From contig CAWJET010000001.1 of NCBI GenBank assembly GCA_963842085.1, positions 2,560,001 to 2,624,000 of the forward strand: 64,000 bases of DNA, in the 5' to 3' direction. This stretch comes from an uncultured delta proteobacterium. GTDB lineage: Bacteria; Desulfobacterota; Binatia; Binatales; Binataceae. The position numbers and the translations under genes are program-made. This document shows positions 36,001 through 44,526 of the stretch, piece after piece; within the stretch, counting starts at the first letter, position 1, and each line of letters starts with the position of its first letter. The notes beneath the pieces are model-generated. The model had not been told where the DNA came from. It did not search any database and worked only from the letters and a program-made list of their open reading frames with translations.

Positions 36001-36392
36001 AGGACCTCCAATTCCTCTCGGAGTTCGACGATTCTGCGCTGGTATTCCTGTTTGGCTTTGGCATCCAGCATCTCGCCCGCGTCGCCGAGTCCACCGACGC
36101 TGACGGTGGCGCCGCCAAGCAGCGAAGCTTTGTCTGTACCCTCGAGTTCGGCGGCGGCGCCCGCGCCGGGGCCGTTAAGGAGGTCCAGTGAATGGAATTC
36201 TTCGCCGGGATGCTGCAGCAGACGCTGAATGTAGCCGAGTCCCTTGATGTTCTTCAGTGAGAAGCTGGCATTGGCGTAGCCGAGGGTCCAATACTCGCCG
36301 TTGCAGGCGAACACCCCCGTCTGCGCGGCGGCAACTGGCTGCGACCTGGGATGGCTTCGATGCTCGGCTGAGCCGCCATCATTTTGTGCCAA
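33009..36392 (-). CDS. AAA-ATPase/TPR regulator with an N-terminal putative DNA-binding domain
   Basis: FVGREAE, Walker A GVLGVGKT, Walker B LLFEDLHWAD, GNPFFVEE, FSHELIR, TPR-like C-terminus ending ELRAATSLSR..FTEGFD. Confidence 0.85.
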   Translation of the reverse strand: MAQNDGGSAEHRSHPRSQPVAAAQTGVFACNGEYWTLGYANASFSLKNIKGLGYIQRLLQHPGEEFHSLDLLNGPGAGAAAELEGTDKASLLGGATVSVGGLGDAGEMLDAKAKQEYQRRIVELREELEVLRERGDEARAARVESEIDFLLREIARAVGLGGRDRRAGSAAERARLNVTRAIKSALQKISEHNGQLGEQLDRSIRTGSFSCYLANPHAPITWQFSLDEGIKPSAVAEVTAPIFSRPQNSLVQSLADRTTFVGREAERSVLRRLLERALGGKGGVAMIGGVLGVGKTRIAAEFAAEAADRGFITLVGSCYDRENSLPFNPFVEILESAMAQSPSQEAFRTALGNDAGEMARLMPQLRRLFPDVPPPLEISPEQSRRILFNAVVELLGRTAATRPILLLFEDLHWADEGTLSLLNHIARSISKIPVLILGTFRDNEFDSAGPLTQTLDELLRIHMLERISLRGLPQDSVAEMIRALSGKEPPPAIVNLIYLGTDGNPFFVEELFHHLIERGRLLDSNGEFRRDLNLAAIDVPQSLRLVIGRRLAWLSDQARKILGPAAVIGRSFTFELLEASTNLDADSLLDYVEEAEKAGLIYSTLGYPEASFQFSHELIRQAVLSDLSAPRRQRLHLNVANAIERVHADALEDQAGDLAHHLWQAGRAADADKTVQYLALAAAQALKQSAYEGALRSFQNALELLKGLPYSQERVRRELDIQIDFGVALLATKGWYAPEMGSAYRRARELCQSLGDDSRLFSVLFGLWSFHLVRGEHAMACGYADEMTHLAPRLQNDGMLVQADWASGCSRFFKGQFAEAHASLRRGIGLYDQQKHRTLAFQFGQDPCVSCLCFDTMTLWMLGCPDQAERKAQEAIVLARELGYPFTLTWCLTMIAMYCTMRHDYGAADKVIAEGLTLTKEYGFAFFEASLIAYRTMSAAARGRIDLMTAGGGTPGGFSAAGYELAHTWARSAIAESLGSLGQVDMALVLLAEAREVMERNDERYVESELCRINGELKLRQACASSNPANVREAESEAEQSFRKAIEIARARGAKTLELRAATSLSRMLMNSGRQAEALGILQPIHDWFTEGFDWPELKTAKAILAELKSTSTSTPAPKRATPSLAR

Positions 36393-36625
36393 TCACATCC
36401 CCTCGATCGATTCGCCGCATGGTTCCTGATTCGACCCGGTGCGAATCCAGCCGATGCGCGTCGATGCCGCCCCCTTTGCGACAGGACCTTAGGCCGACGC
36501 TACCATCCGTTTACACTAGTGTAAATCCACCGGCGCAAACAGTATTTTGAAGTTGGCTGCCCGAGTGCAAGTAACTGCCCCTAGCGGCGCGATAATACAT
36601 CGAAGAGAGACCGCCGAGAGGTACT

Positions 36626-37357
36626 ATGGACCCCAACGGAAAAGTAGCGTTAATCACAGGCGGCGCGCGGATCGGACAGGTTGTCGCCGGTGCGCTGGCA
36701 AGCCGTGGATGCTCGCTGGCGTTAACCTACCGCGACTCGCGCGACGCCGCTCAAGCGACCGCGGCGGCGGCAAGAGCGGCGGGCGTCAAGGCCACGGTGA
36801 TTCGCGCGGACGCGACCGATGAGACGGAGATCACCGCGGCGGTGAACGAAACGGTGAAGTCGCTTGGACGTCTCGACATTCTGATCAACATGGCGGCCAT
36901 ATATGAAAAGACGCCGAATCCGAGCGGCGCACTCTGGTCCACTATCCAGGACGCGAACGCGAAGAGCGCCTTCCTTTACTCGATTCATTCCGCGCCCGTC
37001 ATGAAACAAAACGGCGCCGGGCGAATAGTAAACTTCTCGGACTGGCTGCCGGTAACCGGCCGTCCCCACTACAAGGATTACGTTCCGTACTATGTATCGA
37101 AGGCCTCAGTCGCCGCGCTGACCGAGGCTTTGGCGCTGCAACTCGCGCCCGAGATTCTGGTCAACGCGATCGCGCCGGGTCCGATCCTTGCGCCACCCAA
37201 CCTGACGGCCGAAGAAAATGCGCAGGTGATCGAGGCGACGCCGCTGGCGCGATGGGGAGGCGCGGAGGAGATCGCGAAGACGGTAATGTTCTTCGTCGAC
37301 ACCGATTTCGTGACCGGCGAATTTATACGGGTCGACGGCGGTCGTCATCTGTTCTGA
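36626..37357 (+). CDS. Short-chain dehydrogenase, pteridine-reductase-like
   Basis: ITGGARIG, INMAA, YYVSK (YxxxK), VNAIAPGPIL, VDGGRHL. Confidence 0.88.
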   Translation: MDPNGKVALITGGARIGQVVAGALASRGCSLALTYRDSRDAAQATAAAARAAGVKATVIRADATDETEITAAVNETVKSLGRLDILINMAAIYEKTPNPSGALWSTIQDANAKSAFLYSIHSAPVMKQNGAGRIVNFSDWLPVTGRPHYKDYVPYYVSKASVAALTEALALQLAPEILVNAIAPGPILAPPNLTAEENAQVIEATPLARWGGAEEIAKTVMFFVDTDFVTGEFIRVDGGRHLF

Positions 37358-37370
37358 GCAGCTTGCAAGA

Positions 37371-38504
37371 CTAACCCCAAATTTCCCTGGCGACATCGAC
37401 CACCAACTCGAGCTTGGCGCGCTGGTCCGCCGCCGAAATGCGATTGCCGGGCGCGGTGCTCGCAAATCCGCATTGCGGACTAATCGAGAGTTGGTCAAGT
37501 CCGATGAATCTGGACGCCTCGTCGATTCGACGCTTGAGTGAATCCTTCGATTCGAGTTCGGGAAATTTGCTCGAGACAAGTCCGAGCACCACGGTTTTGT
37601 TTTTTGGGACCAGCCGCAGCGGCTCAAAGGTTCCGGCACGCGGAGTGTCGTATTCAAGGAAATAGGAATCGACGTTGATTTTGTTGAATAGCGTATCCGC
37701 CACCAGGTCATAACCGCCTTCGGCGCTCCAATGACTCTGATTGTTGCCGCGGCAAATATGCATCGCGAGATGCAAGGTGGCCGGGCGTCCCGCAAACGCG
37801 CGATTCATCACGTGCGGATAGGTATCGAGCAACAGCGTGCGCGCGTCATCGCCGCGCTTTCGCAAAGGCTCCCAGATTCGCTTGTCGCTCAGCGACGCCA
37901 GCGTGGTCTCATCGATCTGCACGTACCTGCAACCGGCGTCGGCAAGCACTTTCAATTCCCGGTGGAACGCGTCGACGATGTCGTCCCAGAAAAGATCGAT
38001 GTCGGGATACACATCGCTGCTGATATTCTGGCGGCCCGCGCGGAAATGGATGATGGTTGGCGATGGAATCGTAATTTTCGGCGTACGCGAGGTGGCCGCG
38101 CGAAGGAATTTGAAGTCATCCACGTGGATCGGACCGTGCCAGCGCATCCGCGCCTGCACGCGCGGAACCAGCAGCGGGAGCTTATGGCCTTCGCGGTCGA
38201 TGAAATAGACTTCGTCAATCGACGATGGATCGTAGGCTACCGTGCCGCCGCCGAGGCCGCGGAAATAGAAGTCCGAGTAGAAAATCTCGCGACGGTATTC
38301 ACCGTCGGTAATTGACTGAAGGCCGACGCTTTCCTGAAAGGCGACTGCCTCGCGAATGAAAGAGTCCTCGACGGCGCGCAACTCTTCGGCTGAGATTTTG
38401 CCGGCGGCGCGATCGCTGCGCACCTTCAGCAATTCGGGCGGCCGCAGCAGACTGCCGACGTGGTCAGCGCGAAACGGAGGATCGTGCGGTGAATTGCCTT
38501 CCAT
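37371..38504 (-). CDS. Cobalamin-independent methionine synthase II-like protein (single-barrel MetE/YxjH type)
   Basis: RADHVGSLLRP, ITDGEYRR, and Zn ligands HICRGN, FLEYD, SPQCGFAS. Confidence 0.9.
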   Translation of the reverse strand: MEGNSPHDPPFRADHVGSLLRPPELLKVRSDRAAGKISAEELRAVEDSFIREAVAFQESVGLQSITDGEYRREIFYSDFYFRGLGGGTVAYDPSSIDEVYFIDREGHKLPLLVPRVQARMRWHGPIHVDDFKFLRAATSRTPKITIPSPTIIHFRAGRQNISSDVYPDIDLFWDDIVDAFHRELKVLADAGCRYVQIDETTLASLSDKRIWEPLRKRGDDARTLLLDTYPHVMNRAFAGRPATLHLAMHICRGNNQSHWSAEGGYDLVADTLFNKINVDSYFLEYDTPRAGTFEPLRLVPKNKTVVLGLVSSKFPELESKDSLKRRIDEASRFIGLDQLSISPQCGFASTAPGNRISAADQRAKLELVVDVAREIWG

Positions 38505-38530
38505 TGAAGCCTCCTGATTGCGAAGGGCCG

Positions 38531-39886
38531 CTAGCCGAGTGCGGCAACCCGCGCGACGACTCGATCGACGAAAGCGCCGGCGGATCCAAGGTACGAGTTG
38601 GGATTGGTAAGGCGATCGATCTCGGCGTCGGTCAGATGCGGCCGCAACTCGCGATCGTCGCGCAGAATCGTTGCGAGCGGCACGCCCTCGGCAATCGACC
38701 GGTTGCAGGCGCGAGCGACTGCGGCCTCGGCGGCGGCACGACCGAGCGGGGCAACGAGCGCAGTCGCAATCGCTTCGGCCATGATCAATCCGCCAGTCAG
38801 TTCGAGGTTGCGGCGCATGCGCTCAGTGTCAACCGTCATTCCTTCCGCAATTGAACGAGCGTGGGCCAATGCGCTCGCGGTGAGGGCTACGCATTGCGGC
38901 AGCGCGAGCGATTCGCTTTGCCACGGCCCGGTCGCGCGCTCGTGATCCGCGATCATCGCCCCAAGCATCACCGGCACCAATGCGTGCACAGTGCGCGTTG
39001 CAGCAAGGATGTATTCGCTGGCGATTGGATTGCGCTTTTGCGGCATCGTTGACGACCCGCCCCGGCCTTCGTCGTGCGGCTCGGATACCTCGCCGACTTC
39101 GGTTTGCATCATCAAGGTTATGTCGAGCGCGAATTTCGACAAGCTTCCGCAAATCAACGCCAACAGCGCGGCAGTCTCGGCAAAGCCGTCGCGCCGAGAA
39201 TGCCACGGCAAATCCGGAACGCCGAGCGCGAGTTCGCGCGCAAGCGCTTCGACGACGGCGGGTCCATCCGCACCGAGCGCCGCCAGCGTTCCCGCTGCGC
39301 CACCGAGCTGGACCACGAGGACTCGCGGTACAGCCTGAGCCAATCGCTCGAGGTGAATGACCAATGGCGACGCCCACACCGCGCATTTGAGGCCGAACCT
39401 AGTAGGGACAGCGTGCTGAAGATGGGTGCGGCCGGCCATCGGCGCGTTGCGAAAACGCACGGCTCGATCGGCGAGAGCGCGTGCGAGCGCAATCAAGTCA
39501 CGGCGCACAATGGCGAACGCGCGCTGCAGTTGCAGGACAAGCGCGGTGTCGAGAATATCCTGAGTGGTCGCGCCGAGATGGATGTAACGCGCGGCTTCGG
39601 CGCCCGCGACCCGGCCGAGTTCGTTGACCAGCGCGACGACAGGGTAGCCGACGCGACGCGTGCTATCCGCGATGTAGTCGAGCCGCAAGTTCTCGACTCG
39701 GGCGGCGCGGCCGATGGCGTCGGCGACAGGCGCGGGAATCAAGCCATGCTTCGATTCGGCCCGGGCCAAGGCGGCCTCGACATCGAGCATGAACTGCAGG
39801 TGAGCCTGGTCGGAGAACAGCGCGCGGATTTCGTCGGTGCCGTAGAGCGCGCCAAAAATTTGAGAGTCGGCAGGATGAATGCTCAT
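38531..39886 (-). CDS. pcaB: 3-carboxy-cis,cis-muconate cycloisomerase
   Basis: HLGATTQDILDTA, GRTHLQHA, QLGGAAGTL, GGSSTMPQKRNP, DHERATGPW. It follows pcaHG. Confidence 0.9.
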   Translation of the reverse strand: MSIHPADSQIFGALYGTDEIRALFSDQAHLQFMLDVEAALARAESKHGLIPAPVADAIGRAARVENLRLDYIADSTRRVGYPVVALVNELGRVAGAEAARYIHLGATTQDILDTALVLQLQRAFAIVRRDLIALARALADRAVRFRNAPMAGRTHLQHAVPTRFGLKCAVWASPLVIHLERLAQAVPRVLVVQLGGAAGTLAALGADGPAVVEALARELALGVPDLPWHSRRDGFAETAALLALICGSLSKFALDITLMMQTEVGEVSEPHDEGRGGSSTMPQKRNPIASEYILAATRTVHALVPVMLGAMIADHERATGPWQSESLALPQCVALTASALAHARSIAEGMTVDTERMRRNLELTGGLIMAEAIATALVAPLGRAAAEAAVARACNRSIAEGVPLATILRDDRELRPHLTDAEIDRLTNPNSYLGSAGAFVDRVVARVAALG

Positions 39887-40449
39887 AAGTCGAAGAACAC
39901 CGTCTCGTGCTCTCCCTGCAATACGATGTCGAACAGCAACACATCCGGTCGCTCTGCGTTTCGTGCGACAAGTGTTGAGCGTCGCTCGGGAGTGACGATG
40001 TTCAACAGGGCGTCGGCGGCGTTCATCGGCTCGCCGGGAAAGTAGATTCGCGTGATTAGCCGCTTCAGCAAGCCGCGCGCGAAAATCGATACGTTGATGT
40101 GCGGTGCTTGAAGGACGTTCCCGGGACCCGGAACGGAGCCTGGCTTGATCGTGTAAAAGCGAAAGCGCCCGCGCTCGTCGGTCGCAGCGCGGCCAAATCC
40201 GTGAAAATCGGGGTCGAGCAGTTTTTCCTGCGAGTCGTCCGGATGGTCATAGCGGCCGTCGGCGTTGGCCTGCCAGAGCTCGATCATGGCGTCGCTCACA
40301 GGGGTAGCATCGCCGTCGAGCACGCGGCCTTCGATCGTGATGCGCTCGCCACGAGATTTGGGCGTTGCCAGTGACTCCAGTCCGGGGCGGATCAGTGCGG
40401 GCTTGAAGAAAGGGCCGATCGTCTGCGATGGCGTTTGCAACTGACGCAT
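39883..40449 (-). CDS. pcaG: Protocatechuate 3,4-dioxygenase alpha subunit
   Basis: TPSQTIGPFF, IELWQANADG, GFGR, QAPHINVSIFARGLL..TRIYF, GEHETVFFD. Confidence 0.93.
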   Translation of the reverse strand: MRQLQTPSQTIGPFFKPALIRPGLESLATPKSRGERITIEGRVLDGDATPVSDAMIELWQANADGRYDHPDDSQEKLLDPDFHGFGRAATDERGRFRFYTIKPGSVPGPGNVLQAPHINVSIFARGLLKRLITRIYFPGEPMNAADALLNIVTPERRSTLVARNAERPDVLLFDIVLQGEHETVFFDL

Positions 40450-40450
40450 T

Positions 40451-41155
40451 TCAGCCTGGCGTCGAAGTGGCCTCACGGCCGCGCAGTACAAAGTCAAATC
40501 GATAACCGAGTGCATATTCCGGAATAGTAACTTCGATATCAAATGTTGCTATCAGCCGCTCGCGCGCGGCGCGGTCGGGGACGCTGTTGAAGATCGGGTC
40601 AATAGCCAGAAGCGGATCCCCGGGAAAGTACATCTGAGTAATCAGGCGAGTCGCAAAGCTCGGACCGAAAAGGCTGAAGTGAATATGATTCGGGCGCCAT
40701 GCATTGTGATGATTGCGCCACGGATATGCACCCGGCTTGACGGTCATGAAGCGATACGCGCCGCGCTGGTCGGTAATCACCCTTCCGATGCCGGCAAAAT
40801 GCGGATCGAGCGGCGCCTCGTGCCGGTCCTCGGCGTGGGCATAACGGCCGGCGGCATTGGCCTGCCAAATTTCGATCAAGGTGTGAGGAATCGCGCGGCC
40901 GTCTTCGTCGAGCACGCGGCCGGCCACGACGATCCGCTCGCCCAGCGCCTCGCCGCCGTTGAAGTGCGTCATGTCGTCCTCGCCTGAGGCAAGTGTCTCG
41001 TGTGTGAAGCGAGGTCCGGTGATTTCCGACAGCGTGTGTTCGAGCCGCACCGGCGCGTGCCGCGGCGCGCGTTTGTGGGTGCTCGCATAGGAAGGATGGT
41101 CGTACGGCGGATGAACCGCCGAGGTCTCGCGCCGATAGCCGGCCGGCACTTTCAT
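40451..41155 (-). CDS. pcaH: Protocatechuate 3,4-dioxygenase beta subunit
   Basis: TLSEITGP, WQANAAGRY, and iron-ligand motifs PGAYPWRN and WRPNHIHFS. Confidence 0.95.
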   Translation of the reverse strand: MKVPAGYRRETSAVHPPYDHPSYASTHKRAPRHAPVRLEHTLSEITGPRFTHETLASGEDDMTHFNGGEALGERIVVAGRVLDEDGRAIPHTLIEIWQANAAGRYAHAEDRHEAPLDPHFAGIGRVITDQRGAYRFMTVKPGAYPWRNHHNAWRPNHIHFSLFGPSFATRLITQMYFPGDPLLAIDPIFNSVPDRAARERLIATFDIEVTIPEYALGYRFDFVLRGREATSTPG

Positions 41156-41541
41156 CGCGGGCTCTCTTTCGCCATTTCCTCGAACACGGATTTTGCGATT
41201 CGGAACGCAGAGTTAGCCGCGGGCACGCCAGCATAGACTGCGACTTGTAACAGCACTTCCTTGACCTCGTCCGCAGTCACGCCTGTATTGCGAGTCGCGC
41301 GAACGTGCAGGTTCAGTTCTTCATGACGGCCGCCGGCCGCCAGCAGGGCTATCGTGATGAGGCTGCGCGTTCGATGGTCAAGTCCGGGCCGCGTCCATAT
41401 ATCACCCCATGCGTGGCGTGTGACGAGCTGCTGGAAATCCTCGTCAAAACTCGTCGCGTTCTCCAGTGAACGATTCACATGCGCGTCGCCCAGGATGCGA
41501 CGCCGAACCGCCAGGCCCGCATCGTATGCCGGATCTTTCAT
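41152..41541 (-). CDS. pcaC: 4-carboxymuconolactone decarboxylase
   Basis: GLAVRRRILGDAHV, AWGDIWTRPGL, EVLLQVAVYAGVPAANSAF. Confidence 0.92.
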   Translation of the reverse strand: MKDPAYDAGLAVRRRILGDAHVNRSLENATSFDEDFQQLVTRHAWGDIWTRPGLDHRTRSLITIALLAAGGRHEELNLHVRATRNTGVTADEVKEVLLQVAVYAGVPAANSAFRIAKSVFEEMAKESPR

Positions 41542-41693
41542 GACGTCACTCCCCGATGGTCGAGGTTCGAATTCCAGAATCGAGCCAGTTGAAAGCTACC
41601 GCGCCGCAGGCGGCAACGTCAAAAGGGAATCGACGGCGCGATTCAATTTGTAGTATTGCGCACTAGAGGGCGCGAATCGGGAGGTACACCGCC

Positions 41694-42560
41694 ATGCGGC
41701 GCGAAGACTTTTCTTTCAACAGCGAGGACGGACTCGAAATAGCCTACTATCGATGGCGAGCTCCCGGACGGGCTGTCGGAATCGTGCAGATCGCCCACGG
41801 TATGGGAGAGCATTCGCTCCGCTATGCGCACGTCGCGGAGTTTCTCAACCAGGCCGGATTTCATGTCTATACCAACGACCATCGCGGGCACGGGCGCAGC
41901 GTGAAAGGTCCCGAGTCGCTTGGTGATTTCGGCGCCGGGGGATGGAACGGATTAGTCGCCGACATGCTGACGCTGACCCGGCTCGCACGCACACGCGAAG
42001 GTCGTCTGCCGGTGGTCCTGCTCGGCCACAGCATGGGTTCGTTCGCCGCGCAGCAGTACGTGCTCGACAACAGCGCGCTTATTGCGGGCCTGGTGCTCTC
42101 CGGGTCGGCGGCGGTGGACAAGCTGGCGATCGATCCGTCGCGGGAGGCGGATCTCACGGCGTTCAATCGTGCGTTCGAGCAGGCGCGGACGCCTCACGAT
42201 TGGCTGAGCCGCGACCCGACGGTGGTGGACGCGTATGAGGCGGATCCGCTTTGCGGATTCGGAATCAACAAGAAGGCGATGGAAACGATGGCGGCGGCCG
42301 CAGCCCGGTTAACTGAGCCAGCCGCGCTCGCGCAGATTCGCAAGGATCTGCCGGTCTACATTTTCGCTGGCGACAAGGACCCGATTAACCACGACCTCGA
42401 ATGGCTGAAGCCGCTCGCCGAGCGATATCGCGCGGCGGGAATCGCGAACGTCAGCGAGAAGTATTATCCCGATGGCCGGCACGAGATGCTGAACGAAACC
42501 AATCGCGACGAGGTGATGCGCGACCTCTTGAGCTGGCTGCAGAAGGCGATCGCGGCGTAG
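41694..42560 (+). CDS. Alpha/beta hydrolase, lysophospholipase-like
   Basis: HGMGEH, DHRGHG, GHSMG nucleophile, GDKDP, RHEMLNE. Confidence 0.9.
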   Translation: MRREDFSFNSEDGLEIAYYRWRAPGRAVGIVQIAHGMGEHSLRYAHVAEFLNQAGFHVYTNDHRGHGRSVKGPESLGDFGAGGWNGLVADMLTLTRLARTREGRLPVVLLGHSMGSFAAQQYVLDNSALIAGLVLSGSAAVDKLAIDPSREADLTAFNRAFEQARTPHDWLSRDPTVVDAYEADPLCGFGINKKAMETMAAAAARLTEPAALAQIRKDLPVYIFAGDKDPINHDLEWLKPLAERYRAAGIANVSEKYYPDGRHEMLNETNRDEVMRDLLSWLQKAIAA

Positions 42561-42563
42561 CGA

Positions 42564-43784
42564 TCAGCCGGCGGCGATGCGGCGCTTCACCATGTCGTCG
42601 ATCGCGCGGTCATCGTAACCGAGCGCACGCAGAACCTCGCGCGTGTTTGCGCCGAGCTCCGGCGCGGGCGCCGGCGTTCGCTTGTCGGTTCCCGCCACAA
42701 AAACCGGGCTGTTGATCGTTTCGATCGTCCCGTGCTTCGGATAGTCGAGTTCCACAAAGGCTCCGGCGGCGCGCATCTGCGGATCGCTCACAACGTCCTC
42801 GAGTGCCGGCAGGAGCGACCACTTGATGTCGTACTCTTTGAACCCTTTGCGCCAATCCGCCAGATCCCTGGATTCGAACTGCGATTGCAGAATCGCGAAC
42901 AGCTCGGCGGCATGTTCGGTTCGGCTCGCGTCGGTCGAAAACATCGGGTCGGTCGCGAGCTCCCGCGCACCGAACATCCTGCATAAGCGCGGAAACTCAT
43001 GCGCGGGATCGAGTTGGATGAGCAGGAACACCTTCGCGTCGCGCGTCACGTATGCTGCCGAGAGTGGATTTATCGGATGCGATCCCGGAACCGGCTGCGG
43101 GAAGGTCGCGCCCAGCATGCGCGCCTGCAGGTCGCAGCTATGGGTCCAGGCGCCGCTCGCCATCAGCGAGGTGCCGACTTTCGATCCGCGTCCGGTGCGT
43201 TCGCGGTTGTACAGCCCGAGCATGATCGCGCCGAACAGCGCCATCGCGGTCGGATGGTCGCCGATTCCCGGCCGCGGACCCGACGGCGAGCCGTCGCGTC
43301 CTGTCACGCTGGTCATCAGACCCGAGCGCGCCCAATAGGCCAGCGCGTCGAACGCGGGCAGGTCCGCATCGTCGCCACTTTCGCCGTAGCCGGTGATGTG
43401 GGCGAAAATGAGCCGTTCGTTGACGGCGTGCAATTCGTCCCAGGTCAGATGGAACTTCGTCAGTAGTTGGTTCTGGTAGTTGGTAACGAAAACGTCGGCA
43501 GTTTTGACGAGCCGGAGGAGAGCCTCATGGCCTTCCGGACTGGCGAGATCGAGGGCGACGCTTTTTTTGTTCCGCCCGGTCAGGATCCAGGCGTAATTCA
43601 GCTCCGACTTCGGAGTGCCGGGCAGGTGCGGAAAGAGTCGCCACAGATCCCCTCCGTCCGGGCGCTCGATCTTGAAGACTTCGGCTCCAAAGTCCGACAT
43701 GACGGTGGCCGAGGCCGGCCCCGCGATGTAGGTACCGCAGTCGATCACCCTGATTCCCGACAAGATTCCGTTTTGCATCGCCAA
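42564..43784 (-). CDS. Family III CoA-transferase (CaiB/BaiF)
   Basis: GIRVID..IAGP..DFGAEVFKIE, RNKKSVALDL, ITGYG, catalytic GD, APELG. Confidence 0.92.
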   Translation of the reverse strand: MAMQNGILSGIRVIDCGTYIAGPASATVMSDFGAEVFKIERPDGGDLWRLFPHLPGTPKSELNYAWILTGRNKKSVALDLASPEGHEALLRLVKTADVFVTNYQNQLLTKFHLTWDELHAVNERLIFAHITGYGESGDDADLPAFDALAYWARSGLMTSVTGRDGSPSGPRPGIGDHPTAMALFGAIMLGLYNRERTGRGSKVGTSLMASGAWTHSCDLQARMLGATFPQPVPGSHPINPLSAAYVTRDAKVFLLIQLDPAHEFPRLCRMFGARELATDPMFSTDASRTEHAAELFAILQSQFESRDLADWRKGFKEYDIKWSLLPALEDVVSDPQMRAAGAFVELDYPKHGTIETINSPVFVAGTDKRTPAPAPELGANTREVLRALGYDDRAIDDMVKRRIAAG

Positions 43785-43997
43785 CCACCCGACGAACGAG
43801 ATTGCAGACTGTGGTCGTTAGTATAGCGGTTGGCATTCGGCAATCCCTCCGGCGCTGGCGGTGGCAAAAGAAAAGTGCTCCGGCATTTCTCTTATGCGTT
43901 GGGGGATCTGAAGTTCGGAACTCGGTAATCGTGAAATGCGACAGCTGTGCGACGCGGTTACCGGCTTGTTTTGCGACGGATTCGCAGTGACAACAAC

Positions 43998-44321
43998 CTA
44001 AAGCACTGCGACTAGAGCGAGCACTATAGCGGTCGGCGTCACGACACGTTCGGGACCAGCTTCACGATTGTGATTCTCGACACTCGTAGCGTTCGCAGCC
44101 GTGGAGCTGGACGCCAAAAGCCCGCGAATACTGGCATAGCCCGCCATGCCGGCGACGAGAAGAACCATCAGCGCCAGGCTGCATACCACCGCCATGTATC
44201 TTTCGATTTCCAGGGTCGGACGTACGCTTAGAGTTGACGGGGACGGTCGTGCCTGGCGACGATTACTGGACGCCACTGAGAGCGTCTGCGCTTGAATGCC
44301 TGACTTGCTCGGCACATTCAT
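43998..44321 (-). CDS. Hypothetical membrane protein
   Basis: 107 aa with two hydrophobic segments, downstream of a sigma54-like site. Confidence 0.5.
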   Translation of the reverse strand: MNVPSKSGIQAQTLSVASSNRRQARPSPSTLSVRPTLEIERYMAVVCSLALMVLLVAGMAGYASIRGLLASSSTAANATSVENHNREAGPERVVTPTAIVLALVAVL

Positions 44322-44405
44322 TCGTTAAGTTCTCTCTTTTTGACCTGCATCGTGCCCGTGGAAGTGTCCTGCCACTCGCCTGAGCCCGCCAAACCGAGGG
44401 TGAAC

Positions 44406-44420
44406 GCAAGTTCCGTACCG
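44406..44420 (-). promoter_or_regulatory. Candidate sigma-54 promoter
   Basis: Minus strand reads CGGTAC-GGAAC-TTGC (GG-N10-GC), ~85 nt upstream of ATG 44321. Confidence 0.45.
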
Positions 44421-44526
44421 GTGATGTGTTTGGCCAAAAAGGGCCGTGGCGATTGCGATTCACCGCAAGAGCCAGTGGTAGATGTCGCAGTAATGCCACT
44501 CGAGGAGCGCGATGACAAAAAAGTGA

